Below are positions 46,005 through 52,867 of a stretch of 52,867 nucleotides of DNA, one piece after another. The stretch's first letter is position 1; each line of letters opens with the position of its first letter. Under the pieces are notes generated by a model that was not told where the DNA came from, made no database searches, and was given only the letters and a program-made list of their open reading frames with translations. Made by a program: the position numbers and the translations under genes. The stretch comes from Deltaproteobacteria bacterium (GTDB taxonomy: Bacteria; Desulfobacterota; Desulfarculia; Adiutricales; Adiutricaceae). The stretch spans positions 1 through 52,867 of the forward strand of contig JAISFP010000457.1 in assembly GCA_031263525.1 (NCBI GenBank), given 5' to 3'.

Positions 46005-46300
46005 CCGGCCTCAAGGCTCTCGCGGCCTTCCTGTCCTCCTGAGCTTCCGGGCCCTTCCCGGCCTCAAGGCTCTCGCGGCCTTCCTGTCCTCCTGGGCTTC
46101 CTGGCCCTTCCCGGCCTCATGGCTCTCGCGGCCTTCCGGGCCTCCTGGGCTTCCAGGCCGTTCCGGTCCTCCTGGGCTTCCGGGCCGTTCCAGACTTACT
46201 GGCTCTCTTGGCCTTTCCGGTCCTTCTGGGCTTCCGGTCCTTTCCGGTCCTCCTGGGCTTCCTGACCCTTCCGGTCCTCCTGGCCTTCCTTGACCTCCCC
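46005..46300. repeat. 53-bp tandem repeat (CCGGCCTCAAGGCTCTCGCGGCCTTCCTGTCCTCCTG(A/G)GCTTCC(G/T)GGCCCTTC), 3 good copies then degenerate GGTCCTCCTGGGCTTCC copies
   Basis: Unit starts were read at 46005, 46058 and 46111. The degenerate part overlaps the 3' end of pth on the opposite strand. Confidence 0.8.
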
Positions 46301-46957
46301 GCCCCCGGCACCCTCCTTCTGTCCTCCGGCCTCACCCTTGTCCTTCTTCGGCTTCGGGGGCTTCTTGTTGCCAACCCTCTGGGCGGCGGCAAGCCCGTCC
46401 CTGAGCCAGACCTTCATGAGATCGCAGGCGGCCTTCAGGGACAGCTCGATCTCGGGGAGCTCCTCGTCCAGGAAGGGGGAGAGCACGTAGTCGGCGTTGC
46501 CCACGACCGGTCCCCAGAAGTCACGGGGCTGGCGGCCTATGCCTATCCGGAGCCTCGCGAAGTCCCCGCGGACGGACTCCTTGATGGAGTCTATGCCCTT
46601 GTGCCCGGCGCTCCCCCCTCCAAGGGAGGCCTTCACCTTGCCCGGAGGCAGATCCATCTCGTCGTGGACCACCAGCATGTCTTCCGCGGCGTTGACCTTG
46701 TAAAACTGCACGAGCTCCCTCGCGGAATGGCCGGAGAGGTTCATGTAGGTCTGAGGCCAGGCCAGGATCACCCGCGATCCTCCTGCCGAGCTCAGCACTA
46801 TGACGGAGGACTTGAAGTTGGAGGGCGGGCCCGCGCCCGTTAGCCCGCCCCTGGCGAAGAGATCCAGCGCCATGAAGCCCACGTTGTGCCGGGTGTCGGC
46901 GTAGGCAGCTCCCGGATTGCCCAGTCCCATGATGAGTTTCGGTCCTGAAGAGTCCAT
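46196..46957 (-). CDS. pth: Peptidyl-tRNA hydrolase with a Lys/Glu/Gln-rich C-terminal extension
   Basis: The Pth motifs LIMGLGNPGAAYADTRHNVGF and GGSAGHKGIDSI are present. The start is set at the in-frame ATG at 46957 (MDSSGPKLIMGLGNPG). The last 55 aa or so (KKPPKPKKDKGEAGGQKEG...QEDRKGQEAQEDRKGPEAQKDRKGQESQ) are repeat-encoded. Confidence 0.88.
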   Translation of the reverse strand: MDSSGPKLIMGLGNPGAAYADTRHNVGFMALDLFARGGLTGAGPPSNFKSSVIVLSSAGGSRVILAWPQTYMNLSGHSARELVQFYKVNAAEDMLVVHDEMDLPPGKVKASLGGGSAGHKGIDSIKESVRGDFARLRIGIGRQPRDFWGPVVGNADYVLSPFLDEELPEIELSLKAACDLMKVWLRDGLAAAQRVGNKKPPKPKKDKGEAGGQKEGAGGGEVKEGQEDRKGQEAQEDRKGPEAQKDRKGQESQ

Positions 46958-47109
46958 CTGCGCTCCTGCCGCCATGCCTTCGCGAAGCCGGGCGGCTGCA
47001 AGCCCGCCGGGCATGAAACCGCGCAGGCCCGCTCATTTTAAAGAAATCCGCCTTGCTTGCACACCCCTTCCTCCCGGAACGGTCCGGACGACACCCGCCT
47101 TGCTCCGGC

Positions 47110-47260
47110 CCGACCGAGCCCCCAGGCATGCGACCCGCCGAGCCCCCTGGCACTGTCCTGACAGGGCCCCCTGGCGTGTGCCCTGCCTAAGCTCCCTGGC
47201 CGGACCCTGCCGAGCCCCCTGGCGCGGCCCTGACGGAGCCCCCTTGGCGTGTGCCCAGCC
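47110..47260. repeat. About 72-bp direct repeat x2 (GCCGAGCCCCCTGGC...CCTGAC(A/G)G(G/A)GCCCCCT(T)GGCGTGTGCCC)
   Basis: Copies were read at 47137-47183 and 47209-47256. Confidence 0.65.
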
Positions 47261-47939
47261 GAGCACCGTGCTCCGGCCCTGTCCGCCCCGGAACCCGGAG
47301 CCGTCGCCCCGGCCTCAGCTTTGCCGGGATTTGGACCGAACGGGCCCATGACCGATCCGGTCCGGGCAGGGCTCGGAGCTTGTCGGCGATCAGGACCGCG
47401 GCCGGAGTCATGCCTTCCAGGAGCGAGGGTCATGGCCAGTGTCAGGGACTCGTCCAGAGAGCGGGGGCAAGCTCCCTCCTGACCGGGCCGTTGTCTGAAA
47501 CCCATACCAAGACCAGGACCATGGCCAGTTCCGGAGTGCCGGACGGAGCTCCCCCCTCGTCTAGTCCGACCGGCAGACCCGGCAGGCTCATGCCCGCGCC
47601 GGACCGTTTCTCGCCCCAGCGCAAGGCTTGCTTCCCGTCCCCGTCCGTGACCGGGGATGCCTGATCAGGGGACCCGGGCGGGCAAGGTCTCGCCGGACTC
47701 CTGTCTTTCCCCCGCCCCCCCACATCTCATCTTCCACCCATATCCACGGCTCAGCGGCTCGGAGACTCCTGACCCCGGGGGCTCGTCGGCTCGGGTCCTC
47801 TGGGGGCTCGCGGCACGAGACCTCTGCGGGCTCAGACACCACCTCTCAGGGGCATCCGACCGATCCCCCCTGCCCCTTCGGAGGCCGCTGAATCCCAGAA
47901 GCTGTCAAGTTAATTCCGTTGACTGGTTCAGCCGATTTC

Positions 47940-47968
47940 TTGCAAATGCCCTGGGGCTGTAATAAAAT
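47940..47968 (+). promoter_or_regulatory. Candidate sigma-70 promoter for the rubredoxin gene (TTGCAA 47940-47945, 17-bp spacer, TAAAAT 47963-47968)
   Basis: The hexamers and spacing were read directly, in a locally AT-richer patch 210 nt upstream of the rub ATG. Confidence 0.35.
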
Positions 47969-48178
47969 CGACCAAATAGACGGCTTTGTGCCGTCCGGGC
48001 GGCCCCCCGGGCGGGTCCCGGGGGACGGCTGGTTTCAGGGGCCTGGGGGCGCAGGGGTGCCACCCCTCCCCCGCCTGTCCCGACGCTCTCACCGTTGACG
48101 CATTTCCGGCGCCCCCGGCCGGTCCCAGGGCCCCGCGCTCCGCCCGGCGGCCCATAACCTCTTGGGAGTTTCTACCTC

Positions 48179-48340
48179 ATGAAAAAGCACACCTGCATAG
48201 TCTGTTCCTACGAGTACGACCCCGCCGTGGGAGACCCCGACAACGGCATCGCCCCCGGCACCCCCTTCGAGGACCTCCCGGCCGACTGGGTCTGCCCCGT
48301 CTGCGGCGCCGGCAAGGACCAGTTCGAGGCTTCCGAGTAG
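48179..48340 (+). CDS. rub: Rubredoxin
   Basis: Not in the ORF track because it is 53 aa. My translation is [53 protein letters not shown]. It has two CxxC pairs and the YEYDP / [13 protein letters not shown] pattern, closely resembling Desulfovibrio rubredoxins. Confidence 0.95.
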   Translation: MKKHTCIVCSYEYDPAVGDPDNGIAPGTPFEDLPADWVCPVCGAGKDQFEASE

Positions 48341-48444
48341 GGGACTGTGCGCGGGAGGCCGCGGCCCCCCGCCCCGCGACCGCCAGACGCCCTCCGGGGG
48401 CCCCGAACACGGGCCCCCGGCGGCCACTGGACAGGAGGAGCCGT

Positions 48445-48948
48445 ATGATCTACCCCTTCAACGCCCACGAGGCCTTGAAGATAGCCATCTCGATAGAGGA
48501 AAACGGGCTGAAGTTCTACGTGGACGCCGCCAAGCGCTTCGCGCCCTCCCCTGCGTCCGTCGTCTTCGACCGCCTCGCCCACGAGGAGGAGGGACACAAG
48601 GCCCACTTCCAGGCGATGCTGGACGCCCTCCCGAAGGACGACGCCCCCACCGCGTTCGACCCGGACAACGAGATGGACCAGTACCTGAAGATGATGGCCG
48701 GCCTGCACATCTTCCAGCAGGACCCCGATAAGGTCGACAAGCTGCTCGCGGGCATCAAGGGCGAGAAGGAGGCCATCGAGCTAGCCATTGCCTTCGAGAA
48801 GGACTCCGTCATGTTCTTCGTGCAGCTGAAGGAGGCCTCCGCCGAGATGAGCGACAAGATTTCCGTGGACCGCCTCATTGCCGAGGAGGCGCGCCACCTG
48901 CGGATCCTCGCGAGGGAGTACAACAAGCTCTTCGGCTCCGACAAGTAG
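48445..48948 (+). CDS. Ferritin-like diiron four-helix-bundle protein (rubrerythrin/erythrin family, no rubredoxin domain)
   Basis: In-frame ATG at 48445 preceded by an AGGAGG at 48433-48438. It has the E...EExxH...E...EExxH pattern (SIEENG, HEEEGHKAH, AFEKDS, AEEARHLR). Confidence 0.8.
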   Translation: MIYPFNAHEALKIAISIEENGLKFYVDAAKRFAPSPASVVFDRLAHEEEGHKAHFQAMLDALPKDDAPTAFDPDNEMDQYLKMMAGLHIFQQDPDKVDKLLAGIKGEKEAIELAIAFEKDSVMFFVQLKEASAEMSDKISVDRLIAEEARHLRILAREYNKLFGSDK

Positions 48949-49006
48949 CCGCAGGGGCCGGAGCCGCCCTGCCGCCAGGCGGCCCCCGTATCCAGGCATT
49001 TCCCCG

Positions 49007-49042
49007 CCCCGTGGCCCTTCCAGGACCACGGGGCGCTTTTTT
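49007..49042 (+). terminator. Rho-independent terminator after the erythrin-like gene
   Basis: CCCCGTGG (49007-49014), an 11-nt loop, CCACGGGG (49026-49033), then CGCTTTTTTG. Confidence 0.75.
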
Positions 49043-49166
49043 GCGACAGTCTTTGATGCGGCCTGCGACTGGCAACCCGTAAAGTTACCACTGATAAAAT
49101 AACGCCTTAAGCCCCAAGGCGACCCTTCCGGGAAGGCACGGAACCCTGAGACCAGCAGAGCCCGAA

Positions 49167-49400
49167 GGCCGCCGAACGCCCAGGAGGCCGCCGAAGGGCC
49201 AGGAGGCCGCCGAAGGGCCAGGAGGCCGCCGAAGGGCCAGGAGGCCGCCGAACGCCCCGGAGGGCCAGGAGGCTCCTGTACGCCCACGAGGGCCAGGAGG
49301 CCGCCGAACTCCTGGAGGGCCAGGAGGCCCCTAAACGCCCCGGAGGACCCGGAGGCCCCCGAACGCCCAGGAGGGCCCGGAGACCACTGAAGAGCCGGAA
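49167..49400. repeat. 20-bp tandem repeat GGCCGCCGAA(G/C)G(G/C)CCAGGAG, about 11 copies, degenerating toward the 3' end
   Basis: Parsed directly (four near-identical units at 49167-49250, then variants). Confidence 0.8.
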
Positions 49401-49518
49401 GGGCCTGGAGGCCTGACTTGTAATGCCCAGATTGACCCAGAGGCACCGCAGTCCGGGATCCGGGTTGCACCGCCCGGACTTCCGGGCCGCCACCTTCCGT
49501 GATATCATCCTCTGAATG

Positions 49519-49555
49519 CTCCGTCCACCATGCCTGGACGGAGTTCTGTTTTTTT
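49519..49555 (+). terminator. Second, apparently orphan rho-independent terminator about 300 nt upstream of roo
   Basis: CTCCGTCC (49519-49526), a 9-nt loop, GGACGGAG (49536-49543), then TTCTGTTTTTTT. It is unidirectional, with the U-tract only on the plus strand. Confidence 0.7.
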
Positions 49556-49860
49556 CGCTGCCGGTTGACCATGCTGGCCTCCCGAGTTTTCCCGGCCCCA
49601 AGCTTCACACCCGTAGCCGCATGGCCTATAATGGCCCCTGCGAGCCCGAATCCGCAGTTTTCTAACGGTTTTGGGCCCCCACAGACTTGCGACCGCCCCG
49701 GGGCATCCGGCTCCGGGATTCCGGACCGCCCCGTCCGCGGCCAGCGGCTGACCCATGCCACCTGGCCGGCCTCCGTGAAAACGGACGCCCGCTAGCGGCG
49801 CCGCGCCCCCGGCGGCCCCCGAACCCTGCCAGACAGAGCCAGGAAGGACCAAACCCCAAC

Positions 49861-51075
49861 ATGGAACCGATTAAGATCTGCGACAATGTTTTCTGGGTGG
49901 GTGCCGTGGACTATGACATCCGCGACTTCCACGGCTACCTGACACCCAGAGGGAGCACCTACAACGCCTACCTCGTGGTGGACGAGAAGATCACCCTAAT
50001 AGACACCGTGCGCCACGGCTTCGAGGACGAGCTCCTGTCCAGGATCTCCAAGGTGGTCGACCCCCAGAAGGTCGACCAGGTGATCTCCAACCACGCCGAG
50101 ATGGACCACTCCGGGGCGCTCCCGGGAATCATGAGGGCCATAGGCGCCCAGAAGCCCGTCTACTGCTCCGCCATGGGGGTGAAGAACCTCCACGGCCAGT
50201 TCCACGGGGAGAACCTGAACCTCATCGACGTGGCCAAGGAGCACCCCTCCTCCGGGAAGCTCTCCTTCCAGTTCCTGGACACCAAGATGATCCACTGGCC
50301 GGACAGCATGTTCAGCTTCGTGCCGGAGCTGGGGGTGCTCTTCTCCCAGGACGGCTTCGGCCTCCACTACGCATCCACCGACCGCTTCGACGACCAGGTC
50401 AACCCGGCTCTCCTGCGGAGCCTGGCCGTGAACTACTTCGCGAACATCCTGACCCCCTACACGGCCCAGATAGGAAAGATCCTCGAGACCGTGAAAAGCT
50501 CGGGGCTCCTGGACAAGATCAAGATCATCTGCCCCGACCACGGGGTGGTGTGGCGCAAGGACCCCGCCTCGATAGTCTCCCTCTACGCCCGCCTGGTTGG
50601 CCAGAAGCCCAGCCGGAAGGCGGTCGTGACCTTCGACACCATGTGGCACTCCACCGAGTACATGGCCCGCGAGCTCACGGACGCCCTGGGAGCCCGCGGC
50701 ATAGAGACCGTCTACCTGAGCCTCAAGAACTCCCACAGGAGCCAGGTCGCCACGGAGTCCTACGAGGCCGCGGCGGTGCTCATCGGCTCCCCCACCATCA
50801 ACAACCAGATGTTCCCGTCCGTGGCCGACCTGCTGTGCTACCTGAAAAGCCTCAAGATGAAGAACAAGATCGGAGCGGCCTTCGGCTCCCACGGCTGGAG
50901 CGGGGAGGGCGCGAAGCTCGTCCAGGCCGAGCTCACCGCCATGGGCTGGAAGATGCCGTCTTCCGAGGTGCGTGTCCAGTGGGTGCCCAAGGAGAAGGAC
51001 CTCGACCCCCTGAAGGAGCTGGCCAGGACCGTCGCGGACGAGATCGACAAGCTCGAGCTGTCGAAGCCCGACTGA
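49861..51075 (+). CDS. roo: Flavodiiron protein (rubredoxin:oxygen oxidoreductase-type)
   Basis: In-frame ATG at 49861, 404 aa. The metallo-beta-lactamase-like diiron motif SNHAEMDHSG is present. The C-terminal flavodoxin domain is present (KAVVTFDTMWHSTEYMA...AVLIGSPTINNQMFP). It is adjacent to a rubredoxin gene. Confidence 0.93.
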   Translation: MEPIKICDNVFWVGAVDYDIRDFHGYLTPRGSTYNAYLVVDEKITLIDTVRHGFEDELLSRISKVVDPQKVDQVISNHAEMDHSGALPGIMRAIGAQKPVYCSAMGVKNLHGQFHGENLNLIDVAKEHPSSGKLSFQFLDTKMIHWPDSMFSFVPELGVLFSQDGFGLHYASTDRFDDQVNPALLRSLAVNYFANILTPYTAQIGKILETVKSSGLLDKIKIICPDHGVVWRKDPASIVSLYARLVGQKPSRKAVVTFDTMWHSTEYMARELTDALGARGIETVYLSLKNSHRSQVATESYEAAAVLIGSPTINNQMFPSVADLLCYLKSLKMKNKIGAAFGSHGWSGEGAKLVQAELTAMGWKMPSSEVRVQWVPKEKDLDPLKELARTVADEIDKLELSKPD

Positions 51076-51239
51076 TCCCGCCGCCTGCGGCCATACTTCC
51101 TGGCCTCTGAGCATCAGCCCCTCCTGTCTGACCGGCACCCGACCGCGAGGCAGGGGGGGTTCTTTCCAGTTGCCCCGCGTTGTCGGCCCAGCGAACACTA
51201 ACCTTCGGCCACTGATTTTTCCGCGCCCCTGCCGAGCCC

Positions 51240-51700
51240 GGCGGGACACCCTCCGGACGCCTTCCGGCCACGGCCCTGCTTCTTCCTGACTCCTCGGCCC
51301 AGCTTCCGGCCCCCCCTTCCCGGCATCCTGCTGGCTCTTCCGACCGCCTTTCGGCCCCCTTTCCCTGCATCCTGCCGACTCTTCAGACCGGCTTCCGGCC
51401 CCTGCCCGACATCTTCCGGTCTCCTCGGCCCTCATTCCGGCCCCTGCCCTGCGCCTGCTGACTCTTCCGACCGCCTTCCGGCCCCTGCCCGGCATCTTCT
51501 GATCACCTCGGCCCCGCTTCCGGCCCCTGCCCCGCTTCCGGCCCCTGCCCCACATCCTGCTGACTCTTTCAACCAGCTTCCGGCTCCTCCCCGGTACCAT
51601 CCGGTCACCTCGGCCCTGCTTCCGGCCCCTGCCCCACATCCTGCTGACTCTTCCGACCGGCTTCCGGCCCCTCCCCTGCTTTCCGGCCTCTTCCGGAACC
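51240..51700. repeat. C/T-rich degenerate tandem repeats built on CTTCCGGCCCCTGCCC(C/G)(A/G)CATC(C/T)TGCTGACTCTTCCGACCG, about 8 copies of variable length
   Basis: Read directly. The CTTCCGGCCCCTGCC core recurs at about 51300, 51395, 51440, 51475, 51525, 51545, 51620 and 51665. Confidence 0.7.
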
Positions 51701-52112
51701 TGACCGATGTCTTTGCGGCCCCTGCGGCCCCCTCCCGGTCTTCCCCGCTCCCTCCAGCTCCTGCCGCCTGCCGCGTCAGGAAGCCTCGCAGGTGGGACGC
51801 CGCTCCGCAGATGGCGGCGGCAGCAGCAGCCGGCCCCGCAGCCGTTCCGGGGGCACCGCCGAAAATTTCAGCTGCTCACTAAATGGACGGGAATCTAGCG
51901 ATAAATCATTCACTTCTGCACGAATCCCCTTGCAACCTGCCCCCGCCGTGGGGGATAATGAACTTACACTCGGTCGGTCGCGCTGATGGAGGGGGACGTC
52001 TGCATGTCCCCCTGCCGTGTGCAAGTTGCGCCGTGTGAACCTTTTTTGAAAAGCCTCCGCCGGGGGACTCCCTTCCCGAGTCGCCCGGACCCCTGCGGAG
52101 GCGGGAGGCACC

Positions 52113-52616
52113 GTGGCTGTCAGAGCCGCAAAGACCAACGCCGTAAGGCTTTTGGAGGGGTACGGCTACCCCTTCGAGCTTCTGGAAGCCGACGTGGACG
52201 AGAAGGATCTCTCGGCAGAAAGGGCCGCGTCCGACCTCGGCCTGCCGGAGGACCGCATCTACAAGACCCTCGTGGCCAGAGGCGACAGGACCGGCCACGT
52301 GAAGGCAATGCTCCCCGCCGGACGCACCCTGGACCTCAAGGCCCTGGCTGACATATCCGACAACAAGAAGGCCTCCATGATCCCCATGAAGGATCTCCTG
52401 GCCGTGACCGGTTACGTGAGGGGAGGCTGCTCGCCGCTGGGCGGGAAGCTCCGCTCCGCCCTGTACATCCTGGACGAGGCCCTGATCCAGCCCTACATAG
52501 TCTTCAACGCCGGGAAACGCGGCCTGTTCGTGAAAATGAAGCCGGACGACTTCATACTCGCGTCCGGCGCAGTGCCGTGCATGATCTCGCACTCCGCGGA
52601 TTACAAGATCCTCTGA
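52113..52616 (+). CDS. ybaK: Cys-tRNA(Pro)/Cys-tRNA(Cys) deacylase YbaK/EbsC family
   Basis: 167 aa, GTG start. The family pattern is present: AKTNAVRLLEGYGYPFEL...IYKTLVARGDRTGHV...TGYVRGGCSPLG. Confidence 0.87.
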   Translation: MAVRAAKTNAVRLLEGYGYPFELLEADVDEKDLSAERAASDLGLPEDRIYKTLVARGDRTGHVKAMLPAGRTLDLKALADISDNKKASMIPMKDLLAVTGYVRGGCSPLGGKLRSALYILDEALIQPYIVFNAGKRGLFVKMKPDDFILASGAVPCMISHSADYKIL

Positions 52617-52644
52617 TTATTTTCCGTACTTCGAGATCACTGGC

Positions 52645-52867
52645 CGCGTTCCGTTCTGACCGCTTCGTGCCGACGGCTTCCGTCCTGACCGCGTTCCGTC
52701 CTGACCGCCTTCCGGAGATATTTTCACATACGCTATCCGGGAAATATTGGTATCTGTTCACAGACGAAAGCGGGGGAACCTACAGCAGGACCAAGATCTT
52801 CATCATTCCTGGTGCAGGACGGCTTTCCTCCGGGGCCTGGACGGCCTTCCTCCGGGATCTGGACGGC
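52645..52867. repeat. Short tandem repeats at the window end (GCGTTCCGT(T/C)CTGACCGC x3 at 52645-52715; about 24-bp CTGGACGGC(C)TTCCTCCGGG units at 52811-52867, truncated by the window)
   Basis: Read directly. Confidence 0.6.

Overview
This is a 52.9-kb high-GC bacterial chromosomal segment. Spot counts on single 60-nt lines give about 70-75% GC in the flanks. Gene content suggests a Desulfovibrionaceae-like organism (inference): a Desulfovibrio-type rubredoxin, a flavodiiron ROO and a type III glutamine synthetase. Layout from left to right: (1) minus-strand rfbD, gltD, gltB and glnN at 951-13193; (2) a 2.8-kb gene-free, repeat-filled zone where gene orientation flips; (3) plus-strand dksA, rpmH-rnpA-yidD-yidC-jag and dnaE at 16024-27666; (4) a lower-GC block of about 16 kb (roughly 28.4-44.6 kb, spot counts about 50-58% GC); (5) hldA, pth, a rubredoxin / diiron erythrin-like / roo oxygen-defence cluster, and ybaK. 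The lower-GC block carries a CI/LexA-like HTH+S24 repressor whose nucleophile Ser is replaced by Cys, a few small uncertain ORFs with a G12 tract, and four tandem co-oriented giant MscS-family (MscK/MscM-class) channel paralogs of 877-1112 aa. Almost every intergenic spacer in the high-GC part is filled with locus-specific, strand-asymmetric tandem repeats (units of 20-54 bp, plus longer degenerate ones). Similar low-complexity sequence also intrudes into conserved genes (gltB, yidC, jag, pth, yidD). I recognised no rRNA, tRNA, CRISPR array, transposase or integrase. My best candidate for an undescribed system is the horizontally acquired-looking island with the four-gene channel array and its atypical repressor. 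Secondary candidates are a 27-bp inverted-repeat-bounded element at the left edge, a 622-bp polypurine minisatellite at the island border, and homopolymer tracts in the leaders of the nitrogen-assimilation genes. All functional calls come from reading motifs in the supplied translations; no database search was possible.
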